IMG/VR virus record: IMGVR_UViG_3300027754_004232
Coordinates: 1-64,000 of that record
Source: a virus
Length of the DNA: 64,000 nucleotides
Direction: 5' to 3' (one strand)
Shown: positions 45,943 to 54,051 of the stretch, one piece after another
How positions within the stretch are numbered: position 1 is the first letter of the stretch
Layout: every line of letters begins with the position of its first letter
Notes under the pieces: generated by a model
Seen by the model: only the letters and a program-made list of their open reading frames with translations
What the model was told of the DNA's origin: nothing
Database searches by the model: none
Program-made: the position numbers and the translations under genes

Positions 45943-46685
45943 CTGTAGTTGTACCAAATTACAATTATGGTCATTGGATAGAAAGCTGCCTAGACAGTGT
46001 GGCTAATGATCCGTATGACAGTAAAAGCATTGTAGTTATTGATGATGGATCTACAGATAATTCAGCACAAAACATATACAATTTAATAACTAATCCAAAA
46101 CCCTTTTTAGAAAATGAAGTCTCTGGAATAGTTGGAACATATAAAGATTATGATTTTAAAATAAAATTAATTGCTGCAAATGCATCTAAAGGTCCATCAG
46201 CAGCTAGAAACATTGGAATAAAATCTTGTTTTGATGAAACAGATTTCTTTTCATTTATTGATTCAGATGACATGCACATTGCTGGAAAAATAAAAAAAAC
46301 AGTTAAAAAAATGATTGAACATCAAAACTATGTTGGTGTTGTGTATTGTGACTATGAAAATTTATATGTAGACAACAATAGGGTTCATCAACAATATAAA
46401 GAACCATTCTGCTCAGAAAGATTGCTTTCAGAGTGCATAATTCCACCACATAGTTTGGTTGCTAAGTATGCAATTGAAGACTCTGGTTTTTTTGACGAAG
46501 AAATGCGTGTAGCAGAAGATTACGATTGGTGGATAAGAATAGCTAAGAAATTCGTTTGTTATCATATACCAGAAAAATATGTAATCATGAGAACAGGAAA
46601 GTACAATTCTTCCAATACAGTAGAAAAAAATGTATGGATTAAAAATTGGGCAAGAATAAGAGACAAAATAAGTAATGGCTCATAA
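45915..46685 (+). CDS. GT2 glycosyltransferase
   Basis: VVVPNYNYG, IDDGSTD, GPSAARN, IDSDD, AEDYDWW. Confidence 0.9.
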   Translation: MSMHNKPRVTVVVPNYNYGHWIESCLDSVANDPYDSKSIVVIDDGSTDNSAQNIYNLITNPKPFLENEVSGIVGTYKDYDFKIKLIAANASKGPSAARNIGIKSCFDETDFFSFIDSDDMHIAGKIKKTVKKMIEHQNYVGVVYCDYENLYVDNNRVHQQYKEPFCSERLLSECIIPPHSLVAKYAIEDSGFFDEEMRVAEDYDWWIRIAKKFVCYHIPEKYVIMRTGKYNSSNTVEKNVWIKNWARIRDKISNGS

Positions 46686-47361
46686 ACTTGGGGTTGTTAT
46701 ATTAGCTGCTGGCCTTGGCAAAAGAATGAAGGCATATGGTCCTAAATCGGCTATTGGTATATCGTCAGATCAAACAGTTATAGGAAGACAAATAAGTATA
46801 ATTCAATCATGTTTTCCAAAATACGAAATAACTGTGATAGTAGGGTTTCAAAAAGATAAAGTATTAGAAAAAATGCCTTCTTTAATTTCATATATAGAAA
46901 ACAAAAGTTACGAATCTACCAACACATCAATGTCTGTCAATTTAGCTTTAAGCAGGAATAACTACTCAAAACTTTTAATAATTTATGGGGATCTTGTTTT
47001 TACAGACGAGATTTTTAAAGAAACACCAAAAAACAATTCTTGGGTTGCTATAGACAATGAAAAAAATCAAAGGTCTATGGAGGTTGGAGTTAATGTAGTT
47101 GATAACAATGTTGTTCATTTTTCTTATGGTATAAGTCCAAAGTGGGGCCATATAGCTATGCTCACTGGAAATGAATTGCTTCTTTATAAAAAAATAACAA
47201 ATAATGAAAGATCACATAAGAAATTTTGCTTTGAAATTTTTAATGAAATAATAGATCAGTCTGGTATATTTAAAGCTCATAGGAATAACAACTGGAAAAT
47301 GGTTGAGATAGATACTTCCAAAGATATAGATAGAGCAAAGAAACTAGTGAAAAGAGGTTAA
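46675..47361 (+). CDS. Nucleotidyltransferase (LicC / sugar-phosphate NTP-transferase family)
   Basis: ILAAGLGKRMK..PK, YGDL, EIDT..D. Confidence 0.8.
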   Translation: MAHKLGVVILAAGLGKRMKAYGPKSAIGISSDQTVIGRQISIIQSCFPKYEITVIVGFQKDKVLEKMPSLISYIENKSYESTNTSMSVNLALSRNNYSKLLIIYGDLVFTDEIFKETPKNNSWVAIDNEKNQRSMEVGVNVVDNNVVHFSYGISPKWGHIAMLTGNELLLYKKITNNERSHKKFCFEIFNEIIDQSGIFKAHRNNNWKMVEIDTSKDIDRAKKLVKRG

Positions 47362-47362
47362 G

Positions 47363-48229
47363 ATGAATATTCTTTGTGTTTATGGGGAACAATTAAACAT
47401 AGAAGAGTTCTCAGGTTGGGGAAAAGCATTTATATCTTGTGGACATGATTTTCTATTCTTTAAGCAAAAAGAAAAATCAATTTTAGATGCATTTTACGAA
47501 AAAAAACCAGATTTATTTATTGCATGTGAATCAGCATTTGATAGAGCTACAAAAAAAGCAATAAATCTTTATCCAAAATGCAAGGTTGTTATATTTTATA
47601 AAAACGCTTCTTTTTTAGAAAATAAAAATTTTCATGATAATGTTTATTGTTTTAATAATTTTGATCCATCCGTAGATATCTATCCTTTGCTCAAAGGAAA
47701 ATCAAAGACAAACTTAATTTCTGACATTAATTATGTTGGTGAATACATAGATGATAATGACAATGTTATTTTAAACACCCTATCTGAAAATGGTTTTATT
47801 GTTAAGGTATGGGGAGATAAGAAGTGGCCATATAGACAGTATTTAGGAAAGGCAAAGGAAAATCTAGTTAAAGATATTATAATGTCTTGCTCCTTGTCTG
47901 TTTCTTCTGATTTATTTTCTGGTGAAATTTGGCCTTTAAAGGTGTTCGCATCTGGAAAACCATGTATACTGTATAGATCGGCTAAGACGAAAAATTTGAT
48001 AAATGCAGATAATTTTAATTATGAAGATGAAGAATCGTTTTTTAAAGCTATTATAGACTTGCTTCAAAATCCAGATTCTTTAAATGACGAAGTAGAAAGA
48101 ATAAATAAAGATGTAAGGAATAATCATACATCGCATAATAGAGTAGCAAAACTTTTTAATCTATTGAGTATGGAACAGGAGTCAGATAAATGTCTATTGG
48201 AATTAAAGAAAATTCTAGAGAAGTATTAA
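47363..48229 (+). CDS. CgeB-like GT-B glycosyltransferase
   Basis: INYVG, VWGD..W..YLG, NHTSHNRV. Confidence 0.6.
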   Translation: MNILCVYGEQLNIEEFSGWGKAFISCGHDFLFFKQKEKSILDAFYEKKPDLFIACESAFDRATKKAINLYPKCKVVIFYKNASFLENKNFHDNVYCFNNFDPSVDIYPLLKGKSKTNLISDINYVGEYIDDNDNVILNTLSENGFIVKVWGDKKWPYRQYLGKAKENLVKDIIMSCSLSVSSDLFSGEIWPLKVFASGKPCILYRSAKTKNLINADNFNYEDEESFFKAIIDLLQNPDSLNDEVERINKDVRNNHTSHNRVAKLFNLLSMEQESDKCLLELKKILEKY

Positions 48230-48894
48230 GTGTAAATTTAGGTTTTGTTAAATCTTCAGATCATCTTAGAAAGTGTTTGTGGTGGATAACTAGAGATCTT
48301 ACCAACACAACTTTAAAAGTAATTATAGCTATAGATGATAACGAAAAATCTAATGATATAATTGATGTTTTAACAATATATTCGGCAAGATGTTCTTGGA
48401 CTGTTATTAAAACAAAACCAGAACATTTAATGGAAACATATAATTTAAAAACATATCAACAATCAAAAAGTCTAGCTCATAAAGTATGCGATAGGTTTTG
48501 CACAAAAAGAAAAATAGTTGCAAGCCCTCAGATTATTTATGGCAATAATTGCTTCAAAGAATTTGCGGATCAAATAGATAATGACTTTGTAAATACAATG
48601 AACTGTTATTCAATGCCACCATATGTTCAAGTCGGACTTACGGATGCATCTTCTAATCTTTCAAACTTTTTAATGAAAGAATGCTTTAAATTTCCAATAT
48701 ATAATTTAGAATATCCACCAAAGATAGCTGACTATACGGTTAAGTCTTTCTATGATACTGAAGAAAACAAAGAAGTTAGGTTTTTAGATTTCAATTGCTT
48801 TTTTCTAGAATCAAGTGATGCTTGCCCACAAATAGATGTTGAACTTAATGAATCTACGATAGACAAAAATAATGTTATGGAGTGGCTATGTTAG
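48190..48894 (+). CDS. Hypothetical protein in the glycosylation cluster
   Basis: Coupled ORF. Confidence 0.5.
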   Translation: MSIGIKENSREVLSVNLGFVKSSDHLRKCLWWITRDLTNTTLKVIIAIDDNEKSNDIIDVLTIYSARCSWTVIKTKPEHLMETYNLKTYQQSKSLAHKVCDRFCTKRKIVASPQIIYGNNCFKEFADQIDNDFVNTMNCYSMPPYVQVGLTDASSNLSNFLMKECFKFPIYNLEYPPKIADYTVKSFYDTEENKEVRFLDFNCFFLESSDACPQIDVELNESTIDKNNVMEWLC

Positions 48895-49628
48895 CATTTA
48901 AAATACCAAAACCAATAACTGTAATTGGCGATTATACCAATAAGGCTATTACCTTTGCATCATGTAATTTTTGTACATGCATTAACTTTAATACTATAAT
49001 TGAGCAAGAAGAGCCATGTGATTCAACATTAAAAGTATTAAAGTATTTAAATTTACATAGGACTTTTGAGAAAAATATAATCATAGAAGGTCTTTATCCT
49101 AATGATGACTTTGCTAAAATCCAATCCGCTGTATTTGGTGGATTAAACTATTTAACAGTTTCAGATCATCTTTGGTTTTCAATAAAGCTTGATTATGAAA
49201 AAGAATTTTTTGATCACATTATGCTTTATGAAATAAACAAAGATTTTTTTGAATACGATAAGTCTATAGCGAAATCATTTCATAAAATAGACAATCTTGA
49301 AAAGATGGTTGCTGATTTTTATGATGCATATCAAGAAAAAAACTGGGTATTTTTAGGCCAATTAATAAATTCTTACTGGAAAATAAAAAGAGATATTGAT
49401 CCAGCATCTAAAAACGCATACATAGAAAAACTTTATTCTGACTGTAGATTAAATGGTGCAATAGGTGGTAAAATGGATGGTTCTTTAATGTTGTTATTTG
49501 TAAATCCAAAAAATCAAGACTCGATAAGATCAATAATGAAAGATCATGTTCAAATAAATGGTAGCTTAGATTTAACTGGCATAATCCATGAGGAACTATT
49601 CAGTGGAAGTAGCAATTGTTGTAAATAA
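48882..49628 (+). CDS. Degenerate GHMP kinase (HddA-like C-terminal domain)
   Basis: LGQLINSYWKIKR..SKNAYIEKLY...GAIGGK; no PxGxGLGSS loop. Confidence 0.55.
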   Translation: MAMLAFKIPKPITVIGDYTNKAITFASCNFCTCINFNTIIEQEEPCDSTLKVLKYLNLHRTFEKNIIIEGLYPNDDFAKIQSAVFGGLNYLTVSDHLWFSIKLDYEKEFFDHIMLYEINKDFFEYDKSIAKSFHKIDNLEKMVADFYDAYQEKNWVFLGQLINSYWKIKRDIDPASKNAYIEKLYSDCRLNGAIGGKMDGSLMLLFVNPKNQDSIRSIMKDHVQINGSLDLTGIIHEELFSGSSNCCK

Positions 49629-50061
49629 AATAAGGTTTAGCCAACTTTCATATCTTTTGACTAAACAGTCACAAGACAATGACTTAATTGTATTTTCTCA
49701 AAATGAATATACTATTAATGCAAACAACGGATTTTCAATCTTTATGATGTATGATTTTTGGAATTATAAGGGCAAGAACATTGTTGCTACAGATATAGAA
49801 TCATGCAAACTTATCTTAAAAAATCCATCCGTAAAAAGTTTTTATTTTTATGTTTGGGATTTAGAATGGATGAGATTAAAATCTTTTGATTATGAAGACA
49901 TTCAGCAAATATATGGTAATAGCAAAATTAAATTGATTGCTAGAAGTGATAGACATGCATTAGCTATTGAACAGGCGTGGAATAAAAAATGTTTGGTGGT
50001 TGAAGACTTTAAATTAAGCGAAATATTTAGGAGCGATAAAAATGAACCAGTTAACGCATGA
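49588..50061 (+). CDS. Hypothetical protein (GT fragment-like)
   Basis: IVATD, YFYVWDLEW, LIARS. Confidence 0.45.
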   Translation: MRNYSVEVAIVVNKIRFSQLSYLLTKQSQDNDLIVFSQNEYTINANNGFSIFMMYDFWNYKGKNIVATDIESCKLILKNPSVKSFYFYVWDLEWMRLKSFDYEDIQQIYGNSKIKLIARSDRHALAIEQAWNKKCLVVEDFKLSEIFRSDKNEPVNA

Positions 50062-50806
50062 ATACCTAATAGAACATTATGTACAGCAAGTTAAATCTAC
50101 ATATCAAATAGCAGAAGAATTTGGTACATATCCTAATAAGGTTAGAAGGGCTTTAGTTGAGTTTGGCATACCACTCAGGGATAAATCTCAAGCACAAGAA
50201 AAAGCCATAGAAACTGGTAGGTGTAAACACCCCACAAAAGGCAAGAAGACATCAGAAGCAACAAAGAACAAGATAAGTGACTCTATTGCCAATGTATGGC
50301 AGGAAATGGGTGAGGATGAAAAGAAGAGAAGGGCCGAAATGTCTAGACAGCAGTGGGAAGCTAAGTCTGTGCAAAAAGTAGAGGAAATGCAAAAGGCAGC
50401 AGCAATATCAGTTAGGGCAGCAGCAGTATATGGATCTAAGCTAGAAAAGTTCTTAATTACTGGATTGAAAAAAGAAGGCTTTAAAGCAGACTTCCACAAA
50501 GAATTTTGGGCTATTGACAGAAAACAACACATAGATATATTTATATCTGATCTTAATTTGGCAATAGAAATAGATGGGCCAAGTCATTTTAGGTCTATTT
50601 GGGGTGAAGATATACATAAAAAACAAGTGGCTAGTGATAGTAAAAAGACTGGATTTATAATAAATGCTGGAATGAAAATGATTCGTGTAAAAAACATAGA
50701 TGGAAATAGTTCTGGATTTTATATGAGAACGATCTTGAAAAAACTTTTGCATACAATAGACTTAGTTAAGAATGGTACGAAGGAATGTTTTTTTGAACTG
50801 GAGTAA
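50042..50806 (+). CDS. Putative homing-type endonuclease: HTH, NUMOD3-like segment and Vsr/DUF559 nuclease
   Basis: STYQIAEEFG, KGKKTSEATKNKIS, IDIFI..LAIEIDGPSH. Confidence 0.7.
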   Translation: MNQLTHEYLIEHYVQQVKSTYQIAEEFGTYPNKVRRALVEFGIPLRDKSQAQEKAIETGRCKHPTKGKKTSEATKNKISDSIANVWQEMGEDEKKRRAEMSRQQWEAKSVQKVEEMQKAAAISVRAAAVYGSKLEKFLITGLKKEGFKADFHKEFWAIDRKQHIDIFISDLNLAIEIDGPSHFRSIWGEDIHKKQVASDSKKTGFIINAGMKMIRVKNIDGNSSGFYMRTILKKLLHTIDLVKNGTKECFFELE

Positions 50807-50809
50807 TTA

Positions 50810-51475
50810 ATGTTAGATGAACAAGAGAATGAAATTCCTCTTAGGACTAGTAGAGACTGGAATGAGTATGTACTATCCCATTTTGGTCCAGATGAATTAG
50901 CCGATGGAAATCCAACAGTAGATGGTTTAAGAAGAGTTACAGAACTTCTTCTTGGGCCAATTATCGATGGGAATGCCAAAGTTGTACAATCACCAACACC
51001 TCAGAATGACAACAGATGTGTTGTTGAATATGAAGTTACAGTTCGTATTGGAGAGGAAGTGGTATCGCAACAAAGCGTAGCTGATTGCTATCCTGGCAAT
51101 TGTGACCACCGATTTGCCGTCTATTCTTCTGCAATAGCTGAAACTAGGGCTGAAGGTCGAGCATTGAGGAAATTGCTCAAATTACGCAAAGTAATCGCTG
51201 CTGAAGAAGCAGGGCTAGTTCCTCTTGAAGAAACTGGGGTTAATGGTAAGATAACTCCTACGCAGATGAATTTCATAGAAACTCTCTGCCAAAGAAATGA
51301 TATCAATGTACCAGCTTATTTGGGTGCAGCAAAGGATTTTAACTTTAATGGAAAGCTTGAAGAAATTCCATATAAGTCAGCAGTTGCTGTAATATCACAT
51401 TTGTCTGAAATGCAAAGAAATCAAGCGTCTATTAATGTTAAGTTCAAAGGCTATAACTCTAACTGGAGGAAGTAA
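50810..51475 (+). CDS. Rad52/Sak-like single-strand annealing protein (putative)
   Basis: VDGLRR, AIAETRAEGRALRKLL, C-terminal ITPTQMNFI helical domain. Confidence 0.5.
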   Translation: MLDEQENEIPLRTSRDWNEYVLSHFGPDELADGNPTVDGLRRVTELLLGPIIDGNAKVVQSPTPQNDNRCVVEYEVTVRIGEEVVSQQSVADCYPGNCDHRFAVYSSAIAETRAEGRALRKLLKLRKVIAAEEAGLVPLEETGVNGKITPTQMNFIETLCQRNDINVPAYLGAAKDFNFNGKLEEIPYKSAVAVISHLSEMQRNQASINVKFKGYNSNWRK

Positions 51476-51477
51476 TT

Positions 51478-51846
51478 ATGAAGGCTATTATCCCAACAAA
51501 GTTTTGCACAATTGAAATAGATTGTGATTCGGTAAAAGATGTGTTTAGAGAAGTAGGAGGCATCTCTGAAATCTTTAATGAAGAAAAATGTGGGTTGTGT
51601 GGCAATACCGCAATTATGCCAAAAACACGATCCGTAGAAAAGAACAAGAAAGTCTACGAATATTTTGAGATGAGTTGCACTAACTCAAAATGTAGGGCAA
51701 GGTTGTCTTATGGGCAGCGACAAGATGGCGGTGGGATTTTCCCAGTACGCAAGCTTGATACTAATGGCAAGCCTGATCGTGAAACTGGTTCTTATGGACC
51801 ACATAATGGTTGGAGCAAATACCGAGGTGAAAACAAAGATGAGTGA
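51478..51846 (+). CDS. Zinc-binding hypothetical protein
   Basis: CGLC...CTNSKC; GGAG RBS. Confidence 0.55.
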   Translation: MKAIIPTKFCTIEIDCDSVKDVFREVGGISEIFNEEKCGLCGNTAIMPKTRSVEKNKKVYEYFEMSCTNSKCRARLSYGQRQDGGGIFPVRKLDTNGKPDRETGSYGPHNGWSKYRGENKDE

Positions 51847-51997
51847 TGTTGGCATTGATGTTAGCTCTTTCAAGACTGAAGAGCTTAAAAAAGAACTCCT
51901 TTGGCTAGACGGATATGATACCGAATGGTCAAAGGAGATTTCTAAATTGATTAAAGAAGAACTTAAGCTTAGAGATATTCAAGTTCAATCCACATAG
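51839..51997 (+). CDS. Small hypothetical protein
   Basis: GAGG RBS; last gene of the + arm. Confidence 0.4.
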   Translation: MSDVGIDVSSFKTEELKKELLWLDGYDTEWSKEISKLIKEELKLRDIQVQST

Positions 51998-52583
51998 CAT
52001 ATTGAGTTTTTGAACCAATTGAGTCTGGAGATGCAGACAGGGCAAGATACCAATCGTGCCTATTTGATGTTGTTCCACTTCCACTTGGACTTAAACCTGA
52101 CATTCCAGGCGAACTAGCTAATGAAACAATTGATCCAGATCCTGCTGGCGTTTGCCAAGAAGAAGATCCAGAACCATCTAAAGCATTAGTTAAAGTTGGA
52201 TGAATAATCTCTGCAACTTTAGTAGTAACACCACTAGCAGCATTATTAATGTTTGATCTATCATAGATCCTTAACTTTACATTTTGTGTTGCTACCGCTG
52301 TGGCATGGGTAAAACGCACATTTAAACTAGCTTGGGCATTGGTTATTGTTTGAAGGTTTAGACCGCTTGGAGATCCAATTCCATTAACTATTCCAGAGTT
52401 TGGATGAGAGTACTTTACATTGTTTATTGCAGCACCAGCAATAGTGCCATTACTATTAGTTATATAGCTAGAGTCTTGATAGTTTCCTACGGAAACAGAC
52501 GATCCAAATCCAGAGCTTCCAAAGAAGCCCACGCCACTTGAACCTATGTCGTTTCCTGCCGAAAAAAAAGCAAATGTAGCCAT
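51969..52583 (-). CDS. Putative virion structural protein
   Basis: G/S/T/A/N-rich, beta-type composition; AGGAG RBS; structural module. Confidence 0.6.
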   Translation of the reverse strand: MATFAFFSAGNDIGSSGVGFFGSSGFGSSVSVGNYQDSSYITNSNGTIAGAAINNVKYSHPNSGIVNGIGSPSGLNLQTITNAQASLNVRFTHATAVATQNVKLRIYDRSNINNAASGVTTKVAEIIHPTLTNALDGSGSSSWQTPAGSGSIVSLASSPGMSGLSPSGSGTTSNRHDWYLALSASPDSIGSKTQYAMWIELEYL

Positions 52584-52606
52584 GATTTTTCTCCTATTGT
52601 ATATAG

Positions 52607-52617
52607 TATATTACACC
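52607..52617 (-). promoter_or_regulatory. Candidate phage promoter GGTGTAATATA
   Basis: Matches the motif at 8652-8663; lies upstream of the RBS of the 52583 gene. Confidence 0.45.
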
Positions 52618-52620
52618 GCA

Positions 52621-52651
52621 CAATCAAAATATTACGCACAAGCGTTGATAT
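52621..52651 (-). terminator. Possible weak intrinsic terminator
   Basis: ATATCAACGC-TTGT-GCGTAATAT followed by TTTG on the - strand. Confidence 0.25.
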
Positions 52652-54051
52652 TATGGTGAACTCGTAAAGGTCGGTGTTCCTGTCGTAGTAGTTGGTGTTG
52701 ATGTTGTAGTGGTCGGTGTTCCTGTCGTTGTGGTTGGTGTTCCTGTCGTACTTGTCGAGGTTGAGGTTGAAGTTATAGTATTACAGTATTCATCCACATT
52801 CATTTGAATATTATTAATATTTCTTATAGTTATACAATCTGATTCGCCAGTTATTGAAGCAAAAAATTCTACTATGTTGTTTATGTAGTTACCTAAATCA
52901 AAACATTGAGTAATGCAGCCATAACATTCAATTAGAAGTAATGCTGTTGCATAAGATTCTCCAACAGGACATATAGTTGTTGATGTGCTAGTACTTGTAG
53001 ATGTTGAGGTTGAGGTACTAGTACTTGTAGAGGTTGTTACAAAATTACAATTTGCATCTATATTATTTATTAAATTTCTTGAATCTCTATCTATTATGCA
53101 TGAACTATTGTCATTATAAAATACTCCAGCATAATATCCAAGTTGATTAACTATAGACATTTCCCAACAATCAGGATTGCATGTATAACAAATTCTTGGC
53201 GGGGAAGGATAAAAAATCTGAAATAGTGGGCTACCATAAACTTCCCCAGTAGGACATATGGTTGTACTTGTTGATGTACTGGTAGAGGTACTGGTAGAGG
53301 TAGCAGTTGCACAATCAATATTTCCAGTATTTAATTCTTCAGCATTCATTAAACATTCTTCGGGGCTATACGGACCCCCAAGATTATCAGTTGGATCATA
53401 ATCACAATAATAACATAAATCTACAGTCTCTTGATGAATGTATTGTGGTTCTGGAGTAGTCGAAGTAGATGTACTAGTACTCGTAGAGGTAGTCGAAGTA
53501 GTTGGCGGTGGTGTTGTACAACTACATTGATAAGTTGTAAATAAAAAGTCTTGTGGAGTTATACAAGGACCACCAGCATTGGGCCAGCCAGCCCTATCAC
53601 TTGCCAAACATGGAGAAGTACAAGAAAAGCTAAGATATTGCTGAATTCCATTTTGACAAATTAAATTTGTTGCAATTACTCCAGCACATGGGCAATAAGT
53701 AGTACTTGTAGAGGTTCCTGTGGTACTAGTCGATGTACTCGTAGAAGTGGTACTCGTAGATGTAGTTGTTCCATCGCATTCTGCTCTAGAACTGCCACAT
53801 GGCAGACATTCACAATTTGGGCCTGTTGGTGCTAGTCCACTACCGCAACAACAGCAATTAGCCCCACAAGCCGTTCCAGTTTCATCAGGACAACAAGGAG
53901 GTGAATAGCATGGATTATGGCTAGTACTTGTAGTAGTACAGCAATTACATTCACCAGAGCTAAGTGTAGATATACTATCATTATAAACAACAATTTCATT
54001 AGGTACTTCTACCCCATATAATCTTAATAGTTCTAAATCTTCATTATTCAT
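52651..54051 (-). CDS. Mucin-like Cys-rich, Thr-Ser-repeat protein (putative virion fibre or decoration)
   Basis: Cys-rich modules separated by (TS)n linkers; C-terminal TTTGTP repeats; in the tail operon. Confidence 0.7.
   Translation of the reverse strand: MNNEDLELLRLYGVEVPNEIVVYNDSISTLSSGECNCCTTTSTSHNPCYSPPCCPDETGTACGANCCCCGSGLAPTGPNCECLPCGSSRAECDGTTTSTSTTSTSTSTSTTGTSTSTTYCPCAGVIATNLICQNGIQQYLSFSCTSPCLASDRAGWPNAGGPCITPQDFLFTTYQCSCTTPPPTTSTTSTSTSTSTSTTPEPQYIHQETVDLCYYCDYDPTDNLGGPYSPEECLMNAEELNTGNIDCATATSTSTSTSTSTSTTICPTGEVYGSPLFQIFYPSPPRICYTCNPDCWEMSIVNQLGYYAGVFYNDNSSCIIDRDSRNLINNIDANCNFVTTSTSTSTSTSTSTSTSTSTTICPVGESYATALLLIECYGCITQCFDLGNYINNIVEFFASITGESDCITIRNINNIQMNVDEYCNTITSTSTSTSTTGTPTTTTGTPTTTTSTPTTTTGTPTFTSSP
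52655..52775 (-). repeat. Coding tandem repeat (TTTGTP/TTTSTP, 18-nt units)
   Basis: Recurrent ggtgttcctgtcgt units. Confidence 0.7.

Noticed and set aside
52651-54051. Thr/Ser repeats as a non-coding array or DGR target
   Set aside because: The repeats are in frame with synonymous variation; no reverse transcriptase or template/variable repeat pair is in the window.
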